The notes beneath the pieces are model-generated. The model was not told the DNA's origin and did no database searches. It worked only from the letters and a program-made list of their open reading frames with translations. Below, piece after piece: positions 54,269 to 64,000 of a stretch of 64,000 nucleotides of DNA. Source of the stretch: an uncultured Planctomycetota bacterium (lineage in GTDB: Bacteria; Planctomycetota; Planctomycetia; Gemmatales; Gemmataceae); assembly GCA_963849325.1 (NCBI GenBank), contig CAWKHF010000006.1, positions 782,285 through 846,284 of the forward strand. The letters run 5' to 3'. Numbering within the stretch: the first letter of the stretch is position 1; each line of letters opens with the position of its first letter. A program made the translations under genes and the position numbers.

Positions 54269-54969
54269 GGCAGACGGATTCCACTGTCCGGGCGCGACAT
54301 CGGCGATTGCAAACAGCCGTCTTCCATCACCAGCAGGCGTGGGAACAGGTCGGCCAGCTCCAGGCTGTGCGTCACCACGACGAGGATGGTCCGCTCTTCG
54401 CGGTGCAGCTCCAGCAGCAGCCGGCCGATCGATTCGGCCGTGCGGCGGTCGAGGTTGCCGGTCGGCTCGTCGGCCAACAGCAGGACGGGACGATGGATCA
54501 GCGCCCGCGCCACCGCCACGCGCTGACGTTCGCCGCCGGACAACTCGGCCGGCCGATGATCGAGACGGTCGGACAGGCCGACGCGGTCGAGCAGCTGCCG
54601 GGCCCACGTCTTCACCGCTTGTCGATCATCACGGGCAACGAGCGTGGGGATAAGCACGTTTTCCAGCACTGAGCACTGCGGCAGCAGGTGATGGTCCTGG
54701 AAGACGAAGCCGACCTTCCGGTTGCGGAAGTCGGCCAGCTCGCGCTCGGACAGGGCGAAGGGATCGCGGCCTTCCAGGCGCACGTCGCCGCGCGTCGGCC
54801 GGTCGAGTGTGCCGAGAAGATGCAGCAGCGTGCTTTTGCCGGAGCCGGACGGTCCCATGATCGCCAGGGCGTCGCCGCGCTCCAGGTCCAGGTTGACGTC
54901 GCGCAGCACGCTCAGGGCGCCGCTGCGCGTCGGATAGTCCTTGGCGAGATGTTGGACGTGCAGGGACAT
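54259..54969 (-). CDS. ABC transporter ATP-binding protein (LolD-like)
   Basis: [38 protein letters not shown]. Confidence 0.93.
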   Translation of the reverse strand: MSLHVQHLAKDYPTRSGALSVLRDVNLDLERGDALAIMGPSGSGKSTLLHLLGTLDRPTRGDVRLEGRDPFALSERELADFRNRKVGFVFQDHHLLPQCSVLENVLIPTLVARDDRQAVKTWARQLLDRVGLSDRLDHRPAELSGGERQRVAVARALIHRPVLLLADEPTGNLDRRTAESIGRLLLELHREERTILVVVTHSLELADLFPRLLVMEDGCLQSPMSRPDSGIRLPLV

Positions 54970-55126
54970 GGAACGTGCTTCACGAGGTCAGGTGGGCGAA
55001 AGGCCAACGATTCTCAAGCTATTGGCCGCGAGGGGCTTCTACAAGGGTGGCGGATGCCGTGGACGCGCCACGGGTACGGAGTATAAGGACTTAGGGGAAC
55101 CGGATGCGACGAGAGGGTAAACGGTC

Positions 55127-57032
55127 ATGGGGAAATCGACGCGCCGATGGACGGTGGGCATCACGGCCGGCATCCTCCCTCTGCTGGGGTTGATGCGCGA
55201 GCGCCCTCGAGCCTCTCCCAGCCGGCGGCGACGAGGCCGGCGCGGCAAATGGAAAACCTGGGCCGGGGTGTCCTCGCCATCAACCAGGGCGAGGGAAAGG
55301 TGTACGTCAGTTGCGCCTGCTGGGGACCGATCCCGACGACATCGCCTTCAATCTCTATCGCGTCCGCGGCGAGGAGCCGCCGGTGAAGCTCAACAAAGAA
55401 TACATCATAAAATCGACCCATTATATCGATAATAACGCGGACTGGAGCAAGCCCGTGGCCTATTTCGTGCGGCCGGTGCGCAACGGCGAGGAAGGGGAGG
55501 CCAGCGCCTCGTTCCGTCTGCCGGCCGACGCCCCGGCGCGACCGTACCTCTCGATCCCCCTGCGAACTTTGCCTGGCCATACGCCCAACGACGCTTCCGT
55601 CGGCGACCTCGACGGCGACGGCGAGTATGAGATCGTTCTCAAGCAGGAGATGAGGCCGCGCGACAACTCGCAGCGCGGAACGACGGGCGCGACGAAGCTG
55701 GAAGCCTACAAGCTGGACGGCACGTTTCTGTGGCGCATCAACCTCGGCCAGAACATCCGCGAAGGCGCTCATTACACGCAGTTCCTCGTCTACGATTTCG
55801 ACGGCGACGGGAAGGCCGAGGTGATGTGCAAGACAGCGGACGGGACGGTGGATGGGACCGGCAAGGTGATCGGCGACGCCAACGCCGACTACCGTAACGC
55901 GGACGGCTACGTCCTGCAAGGGCCGGAATACCTGACCGTGTTCGAGGGGGCGACGGGACGGGCCCTGGCCACGGTCGATTACGTCCCGCCGCGCGGAAAG
56001 GTGTCCGACTGGGGCGATACCTACGGCAACCGCGTCGATCGCTTTTTGGCCTGCGTGGCCTACCTGGATGGCGAGCGCCCGAGCGCCGTCTTCTGCCGCG
56101 GCTACTACACGCGGACGGTGCTGGCGGCCTGGAACTGGCGCGACGGCAAGCTGAGCCGCGTCTGGACTTTCGACAGCGACGACGGCACGCCGGGCAACCG
56201 GGCCTATCGAGGGCAGGGCGATCACAGCGTCAGCGTCGGCGACGTCGATGGCGACGGCAGGGACGACATCGTGTACGGGGCGTGCTGTATCGGCTCCGAC
56301 GGAAAAGGGCTGTACTCGACCGGCCTGGGTCACGGCGACGCCCTGCACCTGTCCGACCTCGACCCGGATCGGCCGGGACTGGAGGTGTTCAACATCCACG
56401 AGCACCCGCGCCACGACAATGGCGTGTCCTTCCGCGATGCCCGAACCGGCAAGGTGTTCTGGGGCAAGAAGTCGGCGGACGTGGGCCGCGGCGTGGCGAT
56501 GGACATCGATCCTCGCCATCGCGGCTACGAGATGTGGGCGTCGGGTCCGGGACTCAGCGGCGTCTGGAACGTCAAGGGCGAAACGATCTCCGAACGAAAG
56601 CCGCGCTCGTGCAACTTCGGCGTGTGGTGGGACGACGACCTGCTCCGCGAAATCCTCGACCGCACCATGATCGCCAAATGGGACTGGCGAACCGAGCGCG
56701 AGACGATGCTCCTGTCCGCGACCGGCTGCGCTTCCAACAACGGGACCAAGGCGACGCCCTGCCTGTGTGCGGACCTCCTCGGCGACTGGCGCGAGGAGGT
56801 GATCTGGCGTTCGTCCGACAACAAGGAACTGCGGATCTATACGACCACGGTCCCGACCGAACATCGCCTGTACACGCTGATGCACGATCCGCAATATCGG
56901 CTGAGCGTGGCCTGGCAGAACGTCGGTTACAACCAGCCGACGCAGCCCGGATTCTATCTCGGGGACGGCATGAAAGCACCGCCCCGGCCGAACATCCGAA
57001 CGCCTCCGAGGCGGACAACAGGGGAGAAGTGA
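55127..57032 (+). CDS. Rhamnogalacturonan lyase, PL11 (YesW/YesX-like); N-terminal frameshifts
   Basis: RQMENLGRG, NDASVGDLDGDGEYE, GAHYTQF, RGYYTR, HGDALH, WQNVGYNQP. Confidence 0.9.
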
Positions 57033-57095
57033 CGGAGCGGGGAGGGCAACACGAAAACCCCTGGTTCGCAGGGGCTTGAGGACGATGGAGGAAAT

Positions 57096-57169
<74 letters not shown>

Positions 57170-57269
57170 AACGTGCTTATCAGACAAGCACTTATTGACT
57201 TCTCGCCGGGTTCGGGTATTTTGCCTTTGACACCAGCTTTGACACCCGAAACCCGTCCGAGGCGTCAAC

Positions 57270-58680
57270 ATGACCGATTCTACCGCATCCGCCGCCGATG
57301 GCAAGGCCGCGACACGCAAACACCGCGAGCAGGGACGGAAACCGGCCACTTCTGAACCCCCGTCCATGCAGCCGGCGCCCGCCACGGCCACGGAGGGGGC
57401 GGCGGGCAACCTGGCCGCGTCTGACACCCCTGACACCCGCCAAGACGACGGCAGGCCGGCCAAGCCCTACCCCGACTTCCCCCTGTTCCCCCACGCGACC
57501 CGCCGCTGGGCCAAGAAGATTCGCGGCAAGATGCACTACTTCGGCCCGTGGGAGGACTGGCGGGCCGCCCTCAACAAGTACCAGGAGCAGAAGGACGACC
57601 TCCACGCCGGCCGCACGCCCGCGTCCAGGGCGACGGCCTGACGGTCAAGCACCTCCTCAACCGCTTCCTCACCTCCAAGAAGCTGCTCGTGGACGCCGGC
57701 GAGCTGGCGACGCGAACCTTCTCCGATTATCGGATGACCTGCGACCGCATCTCCGACACGTTCGGCCTGACGCGGCTGGTGGACGACCTCGCCTCCGACG
57801 ACTTCGAGCGGCTCCGGGCCGACACGGCGAAGACCTATGGGCCGGTGGCGCTGGGCAACGAGATTCAGCGGGTACGGACGGTATTCAAGTACGCCTATGA
57901 TGCCGGGATGATCGACAAGCCCATCCGCTTCGGCCCTGCGTTCCGCCGGCCCGGCCGGAAGACGCTGCGGAAGGCGCGGCACGCGAAGGGGCCGCGCATG
58001 TTCGAGGCGGCGACCTGTGGAAGATGCTCGACGCGGCCGGCATGCAGCTGCGGGCGATGATTCTGCTGGGAGTCAATTGCGGCTTTGGCAACGCCGACGT
58101 CGGCACGCTGCCCCTGTCGGCCCTCGACCTGGATGGCGGCTGGGTGGACTACCCGCGGCCAAAGACCGGCGTCCCGCGCCGCGCCCCTTGTGGCCGGAGA
58201 CCGTCGAGGCACTCCGCCGGGCGGTCGCCGCCAGGCCGAGCGCCGAAGGACGCGGCGCACGCGGGACTCGTGTTCGTCACGAAGCAGGGCGGCACTGGTG
58301 GAAACCGGGCCGGCTCAAGGAGTTGGTGACTGGCACGATCCGGAGGGCGGCCGCTGGCACGACACGCCGGACAATCCGCTGTCGAAGGAGCTGGCCAAGC
58401 TCCTGAAGGAGCTGAAGCTGCACCGCCCGGGGCTGAACTTCTACGCGCTGCGGCACACCTTCGAGACGGTCGGCGGAGAGTCGCGCGACCAGGTCGCCGT
58501 CGATCACATTATGGGCCACGTCCGCGACGACATGGCCAGCGTGTACCGCGAGCGGATCGGCGACGAACGACTCCAGGCGGTGACGGATCACGTGCGGGCG
58601 TGGCTGTTCCCGCCGGCGAAGGCAAAGGGGGAGGCGAAGAAGGGCGGCGGCCGGCAGGGCGGCCGGGGCAGGCGTCAAAG
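57270..58680 (+). CDS. Tyrosine recombinase/integrase (several frameshifts; end approximate)
   Basis: Arm domain [35 protein letters not shown]. Confidence 0.85.
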
Positions 58681-58883
58681 TCTGCCAAGGCCGCGGGCGG
58701 AACGGAGGGGCAGGGCGGGAATGAGGTGGCACGCCGCCCACGCGGGCGGCACAATTGACACCGCCGGGCGGTGTGTGCGGGTTCGAAACCGCAAGGCCCG
58801 CAAGTTGGCCCGGCCGTTGCTCTGGTTGCTCCATCCCAGCGAGCGGCCGGCGCCGGCCCAGCAAGCGATGGAGCACATTGCAC

Positions 58884-60970
58884 ATGGCAGCTACAACAGC
58901 TTGGATCAAATCACGCACCTATCCAGACCCGAAAGGCAGAGGACAGCGGCTCAATGACGTGGCGGCGGCACAAGTAATCGGCTTGCAGCCGATGATATTC
59001 AGGCGTTTGCAGCAGCGCGGCTTTTACCAGTGGCAAGAGGCAGATTGCCAACCGCGCCGCCTGGACACGCTGACCATGCGGTCGCCCGAAGAGGGCCAAC
59101 CCGAAGAGACCTACCTGGAGAGCCAAGTCCATGAGCTGCGAGCCGTGCTCCAATCCACGCCGGAGGAGCGTATCGGAAGATGGGGCGAGTCAATCGGGAG
59201 ATGATTGGAAAGAAGCTCGGAATTTCGCCATTCTCGCCGCAGGGCAAAGCCCGCCTCGACGAATGGGAGCGAGACGGCAAGCTCACTCCCAAAAAGACGC
59301 CATCTCCCGTCAACGGCAAGCGCGTAATTACCTATCCCATTGGGGAGGTGAACGTCCTGGCCGCGGAGGTGCAGGCACTGCGCGACAGAAATACGATTCG
59401 CAAGGACGGCAAGGACTACCTGCACACGGACAAGGTGTGCGAGCTACTCGGGGTAAAACCGCAAACTCTCTACCTATGGGGCAAGTACGGTATTGTTCCA
59501 CTGGGCGGGGAGATGCTGGACGAAATCAGGACGCCAGCACCCGGCAACGGGTTCGTGTGGAGCAACGGGTTCGAGTGGATCGCCGCCAAGCAAGTAGAGC
59601 GTATCCGTGCCGCCCTGGAATCGCGGCGGACCTCCCACGCGGCCGGGCAACCATGCCCCATGACGGATATATTCGTGGTCGAGGGCGAAACGTATCTGAC
59701 GCAATCAGCCGTTGCAAAGGGGCGCGGCCTAACATCACCGCTCTCGACCGAGGTGCTGTACCGTTTGGCCCGCGACAACGTAGTGAGGAAGAAGGAAGTC
59801 CGCAAGCGCACACGCGGCGGCAAGCGATACCCCTTCGTCTACCATCAGCCAGATCTACAGGACTACTTCAACGCGCGGGAAATCGCCTTCGATGGGGTGT
59901 TTGAGACGGAGGAAGGGCCGGCTTTCAGCGTTGCCCGTGCCGTCGTGGAGCTTCGGGAACGCTGGCAATTCACCTGTTCGCGCTGGTTCCTGGAACAACA
60001 AGCCGAAAAGTCTCGTTATCTGCCGGCCGGCAAGCTGCCGTCGCTACCACGCGAACCACCATCCCAACATCCGGGATGGCGCGGCCGCGAGATAACGTCC
60101 ATTCTCCAGCTCGATCTGGCGAACATGGTGGCAACCATCAAGGGATTGGTGGAGGCCGGCAACAACCTGGATCCAGATTGGAAAGACGCCGCTGACATTG
60201 CCCGAATTCTCGGTTACGACCACATCAAAGCGCGGCGTCTGGCATCGCTCCTGAAACAGTGGCGTGAGGGTGGCCAACTGACCAACGTGCGGCGCATCTT
60301 GGTGGGACAAACGCGGCCAGCGCAGACAGGTCTATGTGTACTACATCCCCGATGTGATTCGCTTGGCAGGGGAATCCGAGCAGGAGTTGGCGAATCAGAC
60401 ACAGACCATGCCCGTCGCCGGATCGCGGCTCTCGATATGAGGACGAGCCGCTGCCCCGGCAAGCTTACACTGTCCAACTCTCGCAGGAAGACAGACAGCC
60501 CCTGCTGGAAATACTAGCCGAACTGAGAAAACTAACTCACTGGCAGGCGAAATGAGGATCACAACGCCTTTATCCAGTCCCCCTGGCATTGTTACAGTGA
60601 ATGGAAAACCTCAGTCGCCGCATCACCCTGGCGAAAACGGCAAGAAGCCCCCCCGGAACCATTTAGTTTCTCACCTGATTTTAAGTCGGTACGTTGGGGG
60701 CCGGAATTGTTTTCGTTCACGCCCCAACAAGCGGCATGTGTTCGCGTCCTCTGGGAAGCCAAGCTAGAAACGTCGGGGAACTCGACCAAGTTACCATCCT
60801 GGGCGATGCGGACTCGGCCCTTGCCGATGATCCCAAGCCGCAGCTTCGCCGGCTCTTCAAGACAAAAGAATGGAGGGACGCATCCGGCATGGGGCAAGCT
60901 GATTGTGACTCGCCCAAAGCAAGGGCTTTTCCGGCTTGCGGACCCGCCGCTTGCGGCCCCGCCGCTGTGA
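58884..60970 (+). CDS. Large multi-HTH protein (frameshifted; may be two genes)
   Basis: LNDVAAAQVIGL, LHTDKVCELLGVKPQTLYLW, DAADIARILG, C-terminal FTPQQAACVRVLW..HPAWGKLI..GLFRL. Confidence 0.5.
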
Positions 60971-61001
60971 GAGACAAGCATTTCTGGGGGGAATAAAAAA
61001 C

Positions 61002-61032
61002 TCCCCCCTTTACTCCCCCCTTTACTCCCCCC
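61002..61032 (+). repeat. 12-bp tandem repeat (CTCCCCCCTTTA)x~3
   Basis: Read directly from the sequence, upstream of the xis-primase unit. Confidence 0.75.
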
Positions 61033-61215
61033 TCGTCGGTTACTCTGACCGCATGACCATCGCCCGATGGACGGACATCGAGCATGAGCAGCAGCACTAC
61101 ATCCCGACCGCCGGCTGTGGACGCCCGTCTCGGCGTCGCCGTCGAGACCGTCCGAACCTCGATCACCAGCGGCGGCGAACTACCGGCACGCCACCGCAGC
61201 ACGGGGAGGTGGACG

Positions 61216-61476
61216 GTGCCATCTGACCGCACCAAGCTCACCCCGCCTCAGCTCGCCCGGCAATGGGGCGTGTCCGCCGACAAGATCCTGAGCTTCATCC
61301 GTTCCGGCGAGCTGCGTGCCGTCAACGCCGCCAGCAAGCGCGGCGGCCGGCCCCGCTACCTGATCGATGTGGCCGACATCGCCGCGTTCGAGGCGGCCCG
61401 CGAGGCGAGTTCGCCGCCCCCAGCGAAACCGAGGCGGCAGCGAAAACAGGACGCGGGCGTCATCGCCTTTTATTAG
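61216..61476 (+). CDS. Excisionase-like HTH protein
   Basis: LTPPQLARQWGVSADKILSFIRSGELRAVN..RYLI..DIAAFE; GGAGG RBS. Confidence 0.82.
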   Translation: MPSDRTKLTPPQLARQWGVSADKILSFIRSGELRAVNAASKRGGRPRYLIDVADIAAFEAAREASSPPPAKPRRQRKQDAGVIAFY

Positions 61477-61598
61477 TTGGACGCCGCCGGCCATCTCTTG
61501 CCAGGGAGACGGCCGGTTGGCTGCCACCAAACGACACCGCTCGGCAGACGCGACTCCGCCGGGCGGCTACTACACGGACAGCCCCGGATGACTGACTC

Positions 61599-63547
61599 AT
61601 GGTAACCGATAACGCCGCCACGAACAACGGTCGTAGCCGCTGCCACAACGTGTCACCGGCCCACCCCTGTCCCGTCTGCGAGCATGGCGACTGGTGCAGC
61701 GTCAGCGAGGACGGCGAGGTGTGCCTGTGCCGTCGCCAGGGCGATCCCTCCAGCAACGAACCGATTCCGGTGGCGGCACCTACTACCTACACCGCCTCCG
61801 TCCCGCCCCAGCGTCGGCCGAGCCACGCTACCGCCTGGAAGACGGCGGCGGCCGTCGCATTCACCCCGACGTGCTCCACCGCGCTATTCTTTCCTGCTGA
61901 GCAAGCTCGTCCTGACCGAGCCGCACCGCAGGCGATGGAGGCACGCGGCTGAGAGAAGGGTTGAGGACGGCGGGTTATCGCACCCTCCCCGCACGCGGCC
62001 GATACCGAGCCGTCCGCCGGCTGATCGATGCCGGCATGGAGGAGCACCTCCCCACCGTGCCCGGGTTCTTCGTCGCGGAGCACGAGGGGCGGCACTACTG
62101 GACCATCGGCGGTCGGCCTGGCCTGCTCATCCCCGTCCGCGATCACCAGAGGCGGATCCTCGGCCTGCTGGTTCGGCCCGATGAGCAGGGCGACGGCACC
62201 AAGTACCTATGGGTCTCCAGCAAGAGGCGAAACGGCCCCGGACCCGGAGGCAATCCACGTCCCCATGTTGTTCCAGGGGGACAGGTCCACCGTGCGTATA
62301 ACAGAGGGCCGCACTCAAGGCCAACGTCGCCACACGCCTATCCGGGGTGCTGACCATCGGGCTACCCGGTGTTAGTGTCTCGACTCGCCTCCCTGCCCTT
62401 CTCCGCGACCTGGGCACAGAAGGTAGTGCGGGTCGCCCTGGATGCGGACGCCTGCCGCAATCGCACCGTCGGCGAGGCGATCCAGCGTCTCGTGGGCCGG
62501 CTGCTGAAGGTCAGCGGCCTGGCCGTCGAGCTGGAGACCTGGGACGAGGCCGACGGCAAGGGCATCGACGACCTGCTTGCCAATGGGGCAAAGCCTGCCG
62601 TCATCCAGGGAGAGCGTGTCTCGATCGTCGCGCAGCGGATCGCCGACACCGCCCGCGCCGCGAACCCTCCCGCTGGCGGACCAGGGGGCGAGGCGAGCAC
62701 GAACGGCCAGACCACCGGCCCGTCGGCCCTGGTCCTGATCCGCCAGCACCTGCTCGACTACTACCGCCCCACGTTCCGTCGCGGTCCCAACCTGTACAGC
62801 GACGCGCTCGGCCGCGAGATCGCCCGCGCGGAGGCGTGCTATGCACCGACGCCGCAGCTGGTGGACGATCTGGAGATGGCGGCGGACTGCCCGCGCGGCA
62901 GAGCGGCGCCATCCGCTCCGCCATCCCCGGGCTATATCGGACCTGGTGCGTCGGTCGCCTGGCGCGGCGTGCTCGACCGAGCTGCCAGAGGAGGCAGCGA
63001 CGGCCGAGGTCGCCGGCGAGGGGCGGAGGACGAGCTGCGCGCCGCCATCTGGCAGCACATGCTGGGCCGCGTGGTCAGCCTCGGCCATGTGGTGAGGGAC
63101 GAGGAGGGGGACGACTACACGGAGGTCCAGGCACGCTCGCTGCTCGACTGGTGCCATCTGTGGGCGGATCGCGGCTCGTGGGAGAGCATCCGCTCCTACT
63201 GGCTGTGGTGTCGCCTGGACGGCGGTGAGGAGCTGCCAAAACCGCTGGCGGGAGCCAGCGACGAGGAAAAGGCGGTTCGGCTCCAACTGATCGCCGGCGA
63301 GAGCGGCGCCGACGCCTACGTGGCCCTCCGCGTAGAACTGGCTGGACAGGTCGGCGTCCGCGTCCTGGCCGACTGGTCGCAGCACCGCCTGACGGACCTG
63401 TGCGAGCACTACGGCCTCGGCGGGCACAGTCCGCATCGGCCATGACCGGGACCGCGCTATCCAGCTCGCACCGAGTTCCTCGCGGACCTGCTCGGCGTGC
63501 CGGAGACCGACCGGGAGACCGACCGCGAGCCGGGAGAGGATGGATAA
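61599..63547 (+). CDS. Primase/replication protein with Zn-finger and TOPRIM (DUF3854-like) domains; frameshifted
   Basis: CPVCEHGDWC..CLCRR, LLIPVRD, KYLWVSS, ITEG, IGLPGV, VALDAD, KGIDDLL. Confidence 0.75.
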
Positions 63548-63594
63548 ACGAATGGGCATATGCTGTGAGGACAGTACAGTAGACCGTACAGGTA

Positions 63595-63703
63595 GGACAC
63601 AGGGGCGGACACAGCACTATGTCCTACGCAGACATAGTGCTCGATGCGGACACAGGACGCTGTGTCCGCCCTGTGTCCGCCCCTGTGTCCGCACCCTATG
63701 TCC
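63595..63703. repeat. Iteron-like cluster of GGACA(C/T)AG octamers in both orientations
   Basis: GGACACAG at 63595, 63607, 63648; CTGTGTCC at 63660, 63671, 63683; CTATGTCC at 63617, 63696. Confidence 0.75.
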
Positions 63704-63949
63704 TACACATTTTCCTTGTGAGTCAAGGGGTTAGCGAAAACGCGGACGCAGGACCGCCCTCACGCGGGCGCAGGGCGCGGGCCGGCGCGAGCGTGCGTGT
63801 GTCCACGGGGCGGGTGTGAGTGTGTAGATGTACGGTGTCCTTGTGCGATTACTATTCCGATGGCTGGGGAGAAGAGTCGCGGAGCGTGCCGTCTGCCAAC
63901 GGCACGCTCCGCGAGAACCGATCGAGCCTCACGCATGAAAGGAGAGGGA

Positions 63950-64000
63950 ATGCTACCCCCGCGGATGCCCTTCGGCAAGCATCGTGGCCAGCTCTTGTCC
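63950..64000 (+). CDS. DUF3820-like (PFGKH) protein, 3' truncated
   Basis: MLPPRMPFGKHRGQLLS with an AGGAG RBS. Confidence 0.65.
   Translation, partial: MLPPRMPFGKHRGQLLS

Larger units (their letters stand above)
57170..64000 (+). mobile_element. Integrative satellite/PICI-like element (continues beyond the window)
   Basis: tRNA-adjacent integrase, multi-HTH protein, Xis-like HTH, primase, iteron cluster, PFGKH protein. Confidence 0.75.

Overview
GC-rich chromosomal segment, most likely from a Planctomycetota (Gemmataceae-like) bacterium. The assignment rests on DUF1501, TIGR03067, BBP7-type barrel and plancto-type ECF sigma genes, and on three proteins with the N-terminal 'LExLExRxL' motif. 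Many conserved genes are broken by single-base frameshifts, which is most likely long-read indel error rather than real decay. Core content: bcp, korAB, an IlvD-family dehydratase, secG-yicC-gmk-rpoZ, katG, an ABC exporter and a PL11 lyase. Accessory content: (i) a toxin-antitoxin-like pair next to a low-GC HExxH gene; (ii) a 2226-aa RHS polymorphic toxin with a candidate immunity gene and an IS4-family element (19-bp TIRs, 11-bp TSD); (iii) an integrative satellite-like element (integrase, multi-HTH protein, Xis-like protein, primase, iteron cluster) on the 5' side of tRNA-Arg(ACG), running off the window end; (iv) several palindromic repeat families, some supplying stop codons or sitting in-frame in genes, plus a MITE. 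The most unusual feature is a tRNA-Leu gene with a 26-nt insertion in its anticodon loop. The insert looks like a group I P1 helix plus terminal G with no catalytic core. Family names come from motif recognition only; no searches were run.
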